DNA of 64,000 bases from Verrucomicrobiota bacterium (GCA_003219215.1 QHPY01000170.1:1166-65165); one strand, 5' to 3'; numbered from the stretch's first letter, positions 45,131-54,853 are shown. Notes: generated by a model from the sequence alone, not told the origin. Numbers and translations are program-made.

Positions 45131-45766
45131 GTGACTATTCGATTTTCGATGAGCGCCCTTTTCTTCAAGCGATTTCTGAAACGCCCGTTTCAGATCGCAT
45201 CGATTGTGCCGAGCTCCAAGGGGCTGGTCGAGCGCGTCGCCGATAAAATCGATTTCGACCGCGCCCGCGTAATCGCCGAGTACGGTCCGGGCGAAGGGGT
45301 GCATTCCCGTGAAATCGCGCGCCGGATGCGGCGGGATTGTCAATTGCTGCTCTTCGAGCTCGACCCGGCTTTCTCGCGCGATTTGCAGCGCCAATTTAGT
45401 CACGACGCGCGCGTCCATATTATCAACGACAACGCCGCGCGCCTTCCGTTGGAATTGCGCAGACGCGGTATCGACGCTTGCGATTACATCGTTTCTGGCA
45501 TCCCGTTTAGCATTCTGAAGATCGACAAAAAGCGCGCGTTGCTGCAACAAACTCATGACGCGCTCGCGGCTGGCGGCCGCTTCATCATTTATCAAGTCAC
45601 CAACGAATTGAAGCAGCACGCCAAAATTTTCGAGCGTGCAGAGTCCGAATATTTCCTGCAAAACATTCCGCCCATGTTCATCACTGTTTTCGAGAAAACG
45701 AACGGTCGGAACGGCGAATTGCATTTCTCACTGCAGGAAAGTCGAACTTCTGCAAATAACGCATGA
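45131..45766 (+). CDS. Class I SAM-dependent methyltransferase (phospholipid N-methyltransferase/COG3963-like)
   Basis: FLKRPFQIASIVPSSKGLVERVA ... VIAEYGPGEGVHSREI ... IVSGIPF. It forms an ATGA overlap with the next gene. Confidence 0.65.
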   Translation: MTIRFSMSALFFKRFLKRPFQIASIVPSSKGLVERVADKIDFDRARVIAEYGPGEGVHSREIARRMRRDCQLLLFELDPAFSRDLQRQFSHDARVHIINDNAARLPLELRRRGIDACDYIVSGIPFSILKIDKKRALLQQTHDALAAGGRFIIYQVTNELKQHAKIFERAESEYFLQNIPPMFITVFEKTNGRNGELHFSLQESRTSANNA

Positions 45767-47181
45767 CCGGCGGCCGGACGCGGATGGAAAAGGATTCGAT
45801 GGGAGAAATGCCGCTCCCCGAATCCGCCCTCTACGGCGCCTCAACTCAGCGCGCGGTTCTGAATTTTCCAGTCAGCGGCTACCGTTTCTCCCGCCCTTTC
45901 ATTCGGGCGCTCGGCTTAATTAAATGGGCCGCGGCCCAAGCCAATCACGATCTCGGTTTACTCGACGCCGAACGCGCGGCGCTGATCGTGCAAGCTGCCG
46001 AAGAAGTTATCGACGGAAAACTGGACGAACATTTTCCACTCGACATTTTTCAGACCGGTTCCGGCACGAGCACGAACACGAACGCGAATGAAGTGATCGC
46101 CAACCGCTGCGCGCAACTGGCTGGAAAAAAGATCGGGTCGCGCGAATTGGTTCATCCCAATGACCACGTCAACATGGGTCAGTCGAGCAACGACGTGATT
46201 CCATCAGCCATTCACATCAGCGCGGCGGAACAATTAAAAAATTGTCTGGTGCCGGCGCTAGGAAAACTGCATGGCGCACTGGATGCGAAGACAAAGGAAT
46301 TTTGGGACATCATCAAGATCGGCCGGACGCATTTGATGGATGCGACACCGGTCCGGCTGGGTCAGGAATTTTCTGGCTACGCTCAACAAATCGCTTACGG
46401 AAAAGACCGCGCGGAAAAAGCGATCGAAGTTTTGCGTGAGCTTGCGCTTGGAGGCACTGCGGTCGGCACCGGTTTGAACCGGCATGTCGATCTTCCGGGC
46501 AAAATGCTGCGGCACATCGAGCAACGGACTGGCGTTGCTTTTTACGAAGCAAAAAATCATTTCGAAGCGCAGGGGGGGAAAGACGCCGTGGTCGAAGCGA
46601 GCGGTCAGCTCAAAACCATCGCGACCAGTTTGTTCAAGATTGCGAGCGACATTCGTTTGTTAGGCAGCGGCCCGCGTTGTGGAATTGGCGAGATTCAATT
46701 GCCCGCCACCCAACCCGGCAGCTCGATCATGCCCGGTAAAGTCAATCCGGTGATGTGCGAATCGATGATGATGGTTTGTGCGCAAGTTTTTGGCAACGAC
46801 GCCACGATTACGTGGGCGGGCGCGAACGGCAATTTCGAACTCAACGTGATGATGCCGGTGATGGCGCACGATCTTCTCGAGTCGATCCGGCTTCTCGCGA
46901 ATGTGGTCGATGTCTTCTGCGAAAAATGCGCGACCGGAATCAAAGCGAACAAGGCGCGCTGCGAAGAATTGGTAGAACTTTCAATGGCGTTGGTGACGGC
47001 ATTGGCGCCCAAGATCGGGTATGATCTCGCGGCCGAAATCGCCAAGGAAAGCGTTCGAACCGGCAAAACCGTTCGCCAGCTTTGCCGGGAGAGAAAAATC
47101 TTGCCGGAGAAAGAACTCGAACGCGCGCTCGACCCCATTTCCATGACGGAACCCGGCGGAACCGACGCAGCCGGCGGTTGA
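45763..47181 (+). CDS. fumC: Class II fumarate hydratase / aspartate ammonia-lyase family lyase (FumC-like)
   Basis: Signature GSSIMPGKVNPVMCE, plus SSNDV and TGTGLN-type blocks. PGKVNP..CE is closer to FumC than to AspA, but the N-terminus (YGASTQRAVLNF) is intermediate. Confidence 0.7.
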   Translation: MTGGRTRMEKDSMGEMPLPESALYGASTQRAVLNFPVSGYRFSRPFIRALGLIKWAAAQANHDLGLLDAERAALIVQAAEEVIDGKLDEHFPLDIFQTGSGTSTNTNANEVIANRCAQLAGKKIGSRELVHPNDHVNMGQSSNDVIPSAIHISAAEQLKNCLVPALGKLHGALDAKTKEFWDIIKIGRTHLMDATPVRLGQEFSGYAQQIAYGKDRAEKAIEVLRELALGGTAVGTGLNRHVDLPGKMLRHIEQRTGVAFYEAKNHFEAQGGKDAVVEASGQLKTIATSLFKIASDIRLLGSGPRCGIGEIQLPATQPGSSIMPGKVNPVMCESMMMVCAQVFGNDATITWAGANGNFELNVMMPVMAHDLLESIRLLANVVDVFCEKCATGIKANKARCEELVELSMALVTALAPKIGYDLAAEIAKESVRTGKTVRQLCRERKILPEKELERALDPISMTEPGGTDAAGG

Positions 47182-47183
47182 CG

Positions 47184-47687
47184 ATGTCGATCCTGAAAAT
47201 GATCGGCGGCTTTTTGTTCGCTGCCGGCCTAACGAATATGGTTGTTGCCGATTCGCGACCCGACGTTTCGCAAATCATTAACAAAGCGGAGGCGTCCGCC
47301 ATTCTAGGCGAACCGGTCAAAGATCCGAGCCCGCGCAGCGGCGACGGCTCCGACGGCTATTACTCGAAATGCAATTATTACAGCGTTAATCGCGGCAAAT
47401 CTTTGATCATTCGCCTGCAGCTGCCAGGGCCGAACGCGATCGGCCCGCAGAAAGAGCTTCAATTGCTGGTGGCGGCGAACGGTGCGATGGAAAAGGTGTC
47501 CGGTATCGGCGAGGCCGCGCAACTGTTCGCTGGCGGCGGAGAAAGCGGCTTCGCGTCTCGCGTGCTGATGCTTTACGTCGCCAAAGGTAACGCCTTTCTC
47601 ACGATCGGCCTCGGCGGTTTTGCAGACGAGGCGGTTGCATTGGAAAAAGCAAAAACCGCTGCGCAAAAATTGCTCGAGCATCTTTGA
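47184..47687 (+). CDS. Exported hypothetical protein
   Basis: MSILKMIGGFLFAAGLTNMVVA is signal-like. The gene starts 2 nt after the fumC stop. No family recognised. Confidence 0.5.
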   Translation: MSILKMIGGFLFAAGLTNMVVADSRPDVSQIINKAEASAILGEPVKDPSPRSGDGSDGYYSKCNYYSVNRGKSLIIRLQLPGPNAIGPQKELQLLVAANGAMEKVSGIGEAAQLFAGGGESGFASRVLMLYVAKGNAFLTIGLGGFADEAVALEKAKTAAQKLLEHL

Positions 47688-47717
47688 CCGCGGCAGAGGG
47701 CGAGCTTAGATCGACAT

Positions 47718-48095
47718 ATGGTGGCGAAACTCGACGGACCGCAATTTTCCGGCGGCGCTAATATCGCAATTAAATGTCCCACGCACATCTACGAGGAAAC
47801 GGTGGCGTTTTACCGAGACACGCTCGCCCTGCCGTTGATCGAAGAAGAGTCGGACGGCTGCATCTTTCAATTTGGTCCGAACCGGCTCTGGATCGACAAA
47901 GTGCCGAACCTGAGTCACCCCGATATCTGGCTGGAGATCGAGACCAACGACACCGAAGCGGCGTCGTCTTTCCTCAAAGTGCACGGCGTCGCTCGCCGTG
48001 ATGAAGTGGAAAATCTGCGCGAAGATTTCAACGGCTTCTTCATCTCCGATCCGGGCGGCGTGATTCATCTCGTCGTCGGCCCGGAAGAAATTTGA
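47718..48095 (+). CDS. VOC/glyoxalase-fold family protein
   Basis: 125 aa with the beta-alpha-beta-beta-beta module pattern (ETVAFYRDTLALPLIEE ... FFISDPGGVIHLVV). Confidence 0.55.
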   Translation: MVAKLDGPQFSGGANIAIKCPTHIYEETVAFYRDTLALPLIEEESDGCIFQFGPNRLWIDKVPNLSHPDIWLEIETNDTEAASSFLKVHGVARRDEVENLREDFNGFFISDPGGVIHLVVGPEEI

Positions 48096-48109
48096 ATCGA
48101 TTATCGATC

Positions 48110-48649
48110 TTAGACGCGTCGGCCCATGATTGTGAGATCGCGCTCGACGTCATCGAGTTGGGCGATGCGTGGAAGTAGTCCCCAACGCTCGAACCCGAGC
48201 TGCTCAAACAACTTCAAGCTCGGTTCGTTGTGGGCAAAAATCAGTCCAACCATCGCGCTGATCCGAAGCGATGGCGCACGTGCGATCGCCTCAGTCATCA
48301 ATGTTCGAGCAACTCCACGGCGGCGGAATCTTTCGTCGACGTAGACACTTACTTCAGCGGCGCCGCGATAAGCGCAGCGTGGCAAAAACGCTTTCAACGT
48401 CAGCCAACCGGCAATTTGTCCATCCATTTCCAAAACCCAAAAGGGTCGATCCCCCGAATGTTCCTTCAGCCAATCGCGCCGTTGCTCCAGTGTAACCGGT
48501 TCTAATTGCGCAGTCGCAATCCGCGTTGCAACGGCCGCGTTGTAAATTTTAATGATCGCGGGTAAATCTGACTCTACCGCGTCGCGGATTTTCATTTCTT
48601 CGGTAGCTGCCGACTCTAACGATCGATCTTCAATAACAGTCGCGCTCAA
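48110..48649 (-). CDS. GNAT N-acetyltransferase, phosphinothricin/methionine-sulfoximine acetyltransferase-like
   Basis: IRDAVESDLPAIIKIYN..., acetyl-CoA loop RRRGVARTLM and C-terminal FERWGLLP...ERDL. Confidence 0.7.
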   Translation of the reverse strand: MSATVIEDRSLESAATEEMKIRDAVESDLPAIIKIYNAAVATRIATAQLEPVTLEQRRDWLKEHSGDRPFWVLEMDGQIAGWLTLKAFLPRCAYRGAAEVSVYVDERFRRRGVARTLMTEAIARAPSLRISAMVGLIFAHNEPSLKLFEQLGFERWGLLPRIAQLDDVERDLTIMGRRV

Positions 48650-49491
48650 GCCGCCGGGAAAAATGCGTTCTCGAAAGTTGGCTGGAACGCGCCGAGCTCA
48701 GTTTCGCCAATACAAAACCTCGGGCTGATCTCCGATTGGGTTGCGCAAAAAAGTTCGATCTCGATCTTGCCGGATTTGTTGAGCGAGTTGCGCACGGTTT
48801 GGAGCGCGAGCGTGGGCGCATTGCAATCGCGGCTGAGATGGCCGAGCACGACACGATCGATTTTTCCCGGAAGCAGTTCTTCGATCACGGTGGCGGCTGC
48901 GTTATTGGAGAGATGTCCGTGTCGCGATTGAATCCGCTGTTTCACCGGCCAGGGCCGATGCGTATCGTTCTGCAAGAGTTTTTCGTCGTGGTTTGTTTCG
49001 ATGACCAAGGTATGAACTTGCCGAAGCCGTTCCACGATCATTTTGGTCGCGTAACCGAGATCGGTGATGAATCCGAGACCGCTCGATCCGGCATGAAACA
49101 CAAAACCGACCGGATCGACCGCGTCGTGCGGCACGGGAAACGTTTGCACGAGAATGTCGCAAATCTTGAACTCGGCGCCGGTGCGAAAGATTCGCCAGTT
49201 GCGATGTCGATCCAACGCGCCGTCGTAGCGGACCACTTCGGCGGTTTGGGCGTTCGCATAAATGGGTAGATCAAGCTTGCGGCAGAGCACTTCGAGTCCG
49301 CAAACGTGATCGCTGTGTTCGTGTGTCAGGAGAACACCGTCGAGTTGTTCCGGCATCACGCCGCACTGCTCGAGACGAAGGACGATTTGCCGCGCGCTCA
49401 GTCCGCCATCGATCAGGATTTTGCAGTGATCTGTCGCGAGCAACGCACTGTTTCCGGCACTGCCGCTCCCAAGCATGGTCAAACTGAACAC
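48646..49491 (-). CDS. MBL-fold metallo-hydrolase (YycJ/PhnP-like)
   Basis: LGSGSAGNS start and metal motif THEHSDH, with later D and H ligands. There is a 4-nt overlap with the GNAT gene. Confidence 0.8.
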   Translation of the reverse strand: MFSLTMLGSGSAGNSALLATDHCKILIDGGLSARQIVLRLEQCGVMPEQLDGVLLTHEHSDHVCGLEVLCRKLDLPIYANAQTAEVVRYDGALDRHRNWRIFRTGAEFKICDILVQTFPVPHDAVDPVGFVFHAGSSGLGFITDLGYATKMIVERLRQVHTLVIETNHDEKLLQNDTHRPWPVKQRIQSRHGHLSNNAAATVIEELLPGKIDRVVLGHLSRDCNAPTLALQTVRNSLNKSGKIEIELFCATQSEISPRFCIGETELGAFQPTFENAFFPAA

Positions 49492-49513
49492 GCCGGTATT
49501 TAGCGACCGCGTG

Positions 49514-50242
49514 TCAGTTTTCGCAAATTAAATTCATGCGACGCGATAGAATTTCGCCGCCGGGCAGGGCCAGAATCTTTTTTTTCTTGTCGTCGTAATC
49601 GAGCGATCGAAAACGCCGAATTTCTTCGACACGGCGAACAGCGTTCAGGGTGTCGAGATAACGGGTATAGCTCGAAGCAAGTTCGGTCGTCTCCAGATAA
49701 CGCGCGCGCAGATTTCGATCGCGAAACGCCTCAGGACATTGTCGGGCAAAGAGGTGAAAGCGGAGCCAGCGCCGATCGGTGCGCGAAACGCGCTGGGTGT
49801 TGCGAAAGAACGCAACGAACAAAAGAAGAACGAGGTAAGTATCGACTTGAGCCTGGAGCTCCAGATTGCGCGCAAAATTTTCGGACGCGATTTCGCGTGT
49901 GCCGTTTTTGAATTGAAGCGCAGCGTGGAGGGCGTGATTGATCTCTTCAACGAAGGCAATAAGCGAGCGAATATTATGATCGCTCAACCCGGCACGCGGA
50001 TCGTGCCGCTCAAGTTGTTCGATCAGCCAACGGGAATAATAAATGCCGACGTAAAGGCGATCGTCGGCCGTGCGGAGAAAAGTCCGGGCGAACTCGCTCA
50101 GTTCGCGCGCGGTTTTGCCGGCCAAGATCGACAACTCCCTGCAGCGATGGCGATCGATCAAACAATCCTCAAGATTGATTCCGACCCGGGCGTAAGTTCG
50201 CTCGAAAAGTTTTTGGATCTGGCTGAAAAGCGTATCGTTCAC
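49514..50242 (-). CDS. Hypothetical protein (242 aa), no recognisable family
   Basis: Protein-like helical composition and a 4-nt overlap with the upstream ORF. It ends 22 nt before the MBL gene. Confidence 0.55.
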   Translation of the reverse strand: MNDTLFSQIQKLFERTYARVGINLEDCLIDRHRCRELSILAGKTARELSEFARTFLRTADDRLYVGIYYSRWLIEQLERHDPRAGLSDHNIRSLIAFVEEINHALHAALQFKNGTREIASENFARNLELQAQVDTYLVLLLFVAFFRNTQRVSRTDRRWLRFHLFARQCPEAFRDRNLRARYLETTELASSYTRYLDTLNAVRRVEEIRRFRSLDYDDKKKKILALPGGEILSRRMNLICEN

Positions 50243-50967
50243 AAAAGGAGCGATGGCCGCGCGTCTTCATCGAGATGAAGCAGGCGATCGGAAAGGTCGT
50301 TGAGCGCGAGGCGGACGTCGTGGAAGCGGTCGGCTAATCCGGCAAAGACATCGGTTAGTTCGCAGCGGCGAGCGGTCTCATGGGAAGCGACGAGTTGATA
50401 ATTGGTGCGACCGACTTGCTCATAAAATTCGATGTCAGGCGCGCCCCGCAAACTGCGCCGGTGCGTGTTCTCGTGAAAAATGCCGCTGATGAAGAGAGAA
50501 TAATTTCCGACGTGGGCGCGCAGCAGGAATGTTTGCTCTGGCGTCGCGCGGGTGAGCGCGATGAGCATATCGGAGATGTATTCGTGCGCGCGACTCCGAA
50601 AGCCTTCGCCAGCCCCGATCATTTCGGGGTTGTCGATCTTGTCCGGCGTCTGCAGTTGATTTGCTCGCGAAAAAGTTTCGAGCAGTGAGCCGACATAATC
50701 GCAAAGTTTGCGATCGCCGATGCCGGCTTGCTGCAAGACGTACCTGGCCAGAACGTAAAAATAGAATTGGGACGAGATGTGGAGATGTCCCGCATTGGAA
50801 AGAATGGTTTCGACCAGGCGCGGATGATCTAGAATCGAGTCGCGCGTTTCCGAGTCACTCAAAAGATCGACCAGTGAAACGCTGTCGCCTCGGGAGCGCG
50901 CAAGGGTGCGGACGATGAAATCGAAATCCGCCGCGGTGAAGCGTGCCCGACAATTTGCCCTAATCAT
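50239..50967 (-). CDS. Hypothetical protein (242 aa), no recognisable family
   Basis: First gene of the coupled four-gene minus-strand unit. Protein-like composition with no motifs recognised. Confidence 0.55.
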   Translation of the reverse strand: MIRANCRARFTAADFDFIVRTLARSRGDSVSLVDLLSDSETRDSILDHPRLVETILSNAGHLHISSQFYFYVLARYVLQQAGIGDRKLCDYVGSLLETFSRANQLQTPDKIDNPEMIGAGEGFRSRAHEYISDMLIALTRATPEQTFLLRAHVGNYSLFISGIFHENTHRRSLRGAPDIEFYEQVGRTNYQLVASHETARRCELTDVFAGLADRFHDVRLALNDLSDRLLHLDEDARPSLLL

Positions 50968-51091
50968 CGCACCCTCCGTTCACGAGCATTGATGATGCCG
51001 CAGCCAACTTTGTTCGAGGCGAGGTGTATTTCCGCCGGAGCCGTTAGTCAAGAGCTTCTCGTGGTTGCAGCTTCCAAAGCTACGCGCGGAT

Positions 51092-51119
51092 TTGCAAAGC
51101 GACGGCGTCGCCTCATAAT
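51092..51119 (+). promoter_or_regulatory. Possible sigma70-type promoter for tRNA-Ser
   Basis: TTGCAA, a 16-nt spacer, then CATAAT (5 of 6 match to TATAAT). The -10 element ends 50 nt upstream of the tRNA 5' end. Pattern match only. Confidence 0.25.
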
Positions 51120-51169
51120 AAACGCGCTCTTTTCCGGATCGAGGAGGTGAATGTCAATCTCGCAAAAAT

Positions 51170-51259
51170 GGAAGGGTGGCTGAGTCCGGTTTAAGGCACT
51201 CGACTCGAAATCGAGCGTGGGGCAACCCACCGTGGGTTCGAATCCCACCCCTTCCGCCA
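51170..51259 (+). tRNA. tRNA-Ser (anticodon CGA), long variable arm, CCA encoded
   Basis: Acceptor GGAAGGG/CCCTTCC, anticodon stem CTCGA/TCGAG with loop CTCGAAA, variable arm stem-loop (GTGGGGCAACCCAC), and T arm GTGGG-TTCGAAT-CCCAC. Confidence 0.9.
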
Positions 51260-51608
51260 CACAAGCATTTTCGATTTCAGATTTTCGATTGCTCCAGAGC
51301 CAAGTCACGCTTTGAGCACGCTACGCTTCGCAGCGCGTCGGGTAGACTGCAGAGCCGCCCAGGAAGCGGACGACCGATCAGGCGATCGCGAGATCAATAA
51401 TCCTACTTTACCCATTATCTGGCTCATCTGATGGTGACGAAAAAATGTCACAAATTTTGGCTTGATTCGGGTGCGTTTCGCACCGCATATTGTATATCCG
51501 CCGAATGGCTCCGCTATTACTTGTTATGCGCTGGAATTCACAGGTTGTTAGCCGGGCTGTTGGCAGGAATTCACCGCTAATTCACAACCCTAACCAGCAC
51601 TTGGCCTA

Positions 51609-54600
51609 ATGATCCAACTCAAGCCCGGAATCCCACCTTCTGCCCTGAACAAACCGCGCAAGGCAGCTGATCGTCGCCAAAGTCGGTCAGCGAAAAAACC
51701 CAAGAGCGGTCTGCATTTTGAGCGGGTCTTCAGCGACGCCGTGGTGCGACCGTTCGATCAAATCGAATGGGAACATCGGACGGCGGAAATTACGGACGAC
51801 AGCGGTCAGATTATTTTCAAGCAGGAAAACGTGGAGGTGCCAAAGAATTGGAGCGCGCTGGCGACGAAGATCGCGGTCTCGAAATATTTTTACGGCGACA
51901 TTGCGCATGGACCGGATCCGTACAAAGGCGGCCGCGAAAGTTCAGTGCGCCAATTGATTCACCGGGTCACGCGCACCATCACCGATTGGGGAATTGCCGA
52001 CGGCTATTTCGCGGACGCGGAGACAGCTAAAATTTTTTACGACGAGTTGACCTGGCTTTGCTTGAATCAACACAGCGCGTTCAATTCACCGGTTTGGTTC
52101 AACGTCGGTTTGTATCATCAGTACGGCGTGGGCAAGAACGCGGGCGCGGGAAATTATTTTTACAACCGCGAGACCGGAAAGGCCGAGCGCGCGCTGACTC
52201 AGTACGAGTATCCGCAAGGCAGCGCCTGTTTCATTCAGAACGTGGACGACACGATGGAAGACATCATGCGGTTGGCCATAAGCGAGGCGATGCTTTTTAA
52301 GTACGGCAGCGGAACCGGGACCGATCTTTCGACGCTAAGATCAACCAGGGAAAAGTTGAGCGGCGGCGGCAAGCCGAGCGGTCCGCTCTCGTTCCTGAAA
52401 GTGTACGATCAAGTAGCGAACGTGGTGAAAAGCGGCGGCAAAACGCGGCGCGCCGCGAAGATGAACACGTTGAAAGACTGGCATCCGGACATCGAGGAGT
52501 TTATTGACGCCAAGCAGAAAGAAGAGAAAAAAGCGTGGTCGTTGATCGAGCAGGGTTACGACGGCAGTTACAACGGCGACGCTTACGGCTCGGTCATGTA
52601 TCAAAACGAAAACCTGAGCGTGCGCGTGAGTGATGAGTTCATGGAAGCTGCGCTCGAAGGTCGCGAATGGTGGACGCGCCACGTGATCGACGGTCAACCG
52701 TGCGAACGAAAAGAGGCGCGGGCGTTGCTCCGAAAAATTGCCGAGGGCACACACATCTGCGGCGATCCCGGGATGCAGTTCGACACCACGATCCATAAAT
52801 GGCACACCTGCAAAGGCACCGGCCGGCAAAATTCGACCAACCCATGCAGCGAATATTTGTTTCTCGATAACACCGCCTGCAATCTTGCGTCCTTGAATCT
52901 CCTCAAGTTCAAGACTGCCGATGGCGAGTTCGACGTGGAACGATTCAAAGCCGCCGTGCGCATTTTCATTACCGCGCAGGAGATCGTGGTCGATAACGCG
53001 AGTTACCCGATCAAGGAGATCGCAGAGAACTCGCACATTTTCCGGACGCTTGGGCTCGGTTACGCCAACCTTGGTTCGTTGGTGATGAGTTATGGTTACG
53101 GTTACGATAGCGTGGAAGGCCGCGCGCTTTGCGGCGCCGTTACCGCGATCATGACCGGGGAAGCCTACGAGCAAAGTGCGCGAATGGCGCAAGCGATCGG
53201 CGCTTTTCCCGGTTACAGAGATGCGCGATGCAGCGGCGTCCCAAAACCGGTCGCGAAAGACAACGTCGCTCCGATGCTCGAAGTGATCGATCTACATCGT
53301 TGCGCTGTGAACGAGATCCCCGATGTCGGCGAATTCGCTTATTTAAAAAAGGAAGCGGCGAAGACCTGGAAGCGCGCAGCCGATTTAGGCAAACGCCACG
53401 GTTATCGCAACGCGCAGGTAACTGTGCTTGCGCCGACGGGGACGATTAGTTTTCTGATGGATTGCGACACGACCGGAATCGAACCGGACATCGCGCTGGT
53501 GAAATACAAACTGCTTGCCGGCGGCGGCATGCTCAAGATCGTGAATCAAACCGTGAAACCGGCGCTCGAAAACCTAGGTTACAATTCGGAAGAGATCGAT
53601 CGAATCAGCGCGCACATCGACGCGTTCGACACGATCGAGGACGTAACCGATTCGGATGGATCGACAATCTTCTCGGGGCTGAAGCCCGAGCATTTACCGA
53701 TCTTCGATTGCGCGTTCAAGCCGTTCAAAGGCGAGCGCTCACTTAATTATATGGCGCATCTCCGGATGATGGCGGCGGCGCAACCGTTCTTGAGCGGCGC
53801 GATTTCGAAGACCGTGAATTTGCCGGAAGCAGCCACGGTTGACGACATCATGAACAGCTACGTGGAAGGATGGCGGCTCGGATTGAAATCGATCGCGATT
53901 TATCGTGAAGGATCGAAGCGCTCCGCGCCGCTGAACACGCGCAAGACGCGCGACATGGGCGGCACCACGGAAGATGTCGATGTTGCGCTCGATATCACAA
54001 TCGACCGCGAAGATTTCCAGAAACGGATTCTCGAGCTGGAGGAAGAGTTGACGATGCTGCGCGGAAAGATCGACAAACCGCTGCGTCATCGAATGCCGGA
54101 CACGCGGATGTCATTGACCCATCGGTTCGAGATCGCCGGACACGAAGGTTACATCACGGTCGGTTTGTACGAAGACGGTCAGCCGGGTGAATTGTTCATC
54201 ACGATGTCGAAGGAAGGCAGCACCATCGGCGGATTGATGGACACGGTCGGCACACTCACATCGATTGCGCTCCAGTACGGCGTGCCGCTCGAGAGTTTAG
54301 TGAAAAAATTCGCGTATCAACGGTTCGAACCGAGCGGATTCACTAAGAATCCTGACATTCGGAACGCGACCAGCATTACTGACTACGTCTTTCGCTGGCT
54401 CGCCTGCCAATTCATCAAAGGCTACAAGGAAGCGACCTCACCGAGCCGCGGGCAAACGGAATTGCCGCTGAAAGAAATTGGAGAAATGGAAAAGAAGGCG
54501 CTCAACCGCCCGGTCTCGGATTTGGCGCGGACGGGCGAAAAAGAATTGATCGACGTGATTACGAGCCATTCTGCGAACGACGGTGAGCCGCAGGTAACGG

Positions 54601-54752
54601 GGAATGGCCAAAGTCATGCCGATCGCGTGCAGGAAGCGCTCGGCAACATGTTCATGGACATCATTTGTTCGCACTGCGGCAGTGACAAAGTGATCCGAGC
54701 CGGCGCCTGCGGTGTTTGCACCGAGTGCGGCACGAGTCAGGGCTGCAGCTGA
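51609..54752 (+). CDS. nrdJ: Class II (adenosylcobalamin-dependent) ribonucleotide reductase
   Basis: 1047 aa with the active-site region NPCSEYLFLDNTACNLASLNL and RNR barrel blocks (GLGYANLG, TVLAPTGTISF). The C-terminal Cys cluster is CSHCGS...CGVCTECG. Confidence 0.9.
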   Translation: MIQLKPGIPPSALNKPRKAADRRQSRSAKKPKSGLHFERVFSDAVVRPFDQIEWEHRTAEITDDSGQIIFKQENVEVPKNWSALATKIAVSKYFYGDIAHGPDPYKGGRESSVRQLIHRVTRTITDWGIADGYFADAETAKIFYDELTWLCLNQHSAFNSPVWFNVGLYHQYGVGKNAGAGNYFYNRETGKAERALTQYEYPQGSACFIQNVDDTMEDIMRLAISEAMLFKYGSGTGTDLSTLRSTREKLSGGGKPSGPLSFLKVYDQVANVVKSGGKTRRAAKMNTLKDWHPDIEEFIDAKQKEEKKAWSLIEQGYDGSYNGDAYGSVMYQNENLSVRVSDEFMEAALEGREWWTRHVIDGQPCERKEARALLRKIAEGTHICGDPGMQFDTTIHKWHTCKGTGRQNSTNPCSEYLFLDNTACNLASLNLLKFKTADGEFDVERFKAAVRIFITAQEIVVDNASYPIKEIAENSHIFRTLGLGYANLGSLVMSYGYGYDSVEGRALCGAVTAIMTGEAYEQSARMAQAIGAFPGYRDARCSGVPKPVAKDNVAPMLEVIDLHRCAVNEIPDVGEFAYLKKEAAKTWKRAADLGKRHGYRNAQVTVLAPTGTISFLMDCDTTGIEPDIALVKYKLLAGGGMLKIVNQTVKPALENLGYNSEEIDRISAHIDAFDTIEDVTDSDGSTIFSGLKPEHLPIFDCAFKPFKGERSLNYMAHLRMMAAAQPFLSGAISKTVNLPEAATVDDIMNSYVEGWRLGLKSIAIYREGSKRSAPLNTRKTRDMGGTTEDVDVALDITIDREDFQKRILELEEELTMLRGKIDKPLRHRMPDTRMSLTHRFEIAGHEGYITVGLYEDGQPGELFITMSKEGSTIGGLMDTVGTLTSIALQYGVPLESLVKKFAYQRFEPSGFTKNPDIRNATSITDYVFRWLACQFIKGYKEATSPSRGQTELPLKEIGEMEKKALNRPVSDLARTGEKELIDVITSHSANDGEPQVTGNGQSHADRVQEALGNMFMDIICSHCGSDKVIRAGACGVCTECGTSQGCS

Positions 54753-54853
54753 GGTTGTTTGATTAAACCGCGGCTCCGTTTGGAGCTCAGCTTGAGCCTG
54801 TGCGAGATGCGCGCCGCTGTTGGACATGCGGCGGCGGATAGCTAAGCTTTGTG

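Noticed and set aside
45041-45724. 227-aa minus-strand ORF
   Set aside because: It is antisense to the COG3963-like methyltransferase, which has a recognisable SAM-binding motif.
49514-50967. The two adjacent 242-aa hypothetical proteins as tandem paralogues
   Set aside because: They have identical length, but I could find no alignable blocks between them by eye, so the length match is treated as coincidence.
51170-51259. Genomic island or integrative element at tRNA-Ser (likewise tRNA-Val at 44287 and tRNA-Gln at 3801)
   Set aside because: There is no integrase, excisionase or transposase gene nearby. I found no direct repeat of any tRNA 3' end elsewhere in the window.
51430-51500. NrdR box pair or cobalamin riboswitch upstream of nrdJ
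   Set aside because: I tried to fit the acaCwAtATaTwGtgt NrdR consensus to AAAATGTCACAAATTT and CGCATATTGTATATCC and found too many mismatches. No B12-box-like core was seen. The repeats are reported only as unexplained repeats.
52341-53192. 283-aa minus-strand ORF
   Set aside because: It is antisense to nrdJ, whose identity is unambiguous. This is a typical GC-rich antisense open frame.
51609-54752. Intein or insertion in the 1047-aa NrdJ
   Set aside because: No Cys/Ser-...-His-Asn-Cys splice-junction pattern or homing-endonuclease motifs (LAGLIDADG, HNH) were seen. The extra length is explained by N- and C-terminal extensions, including the Cys-cluster tail.
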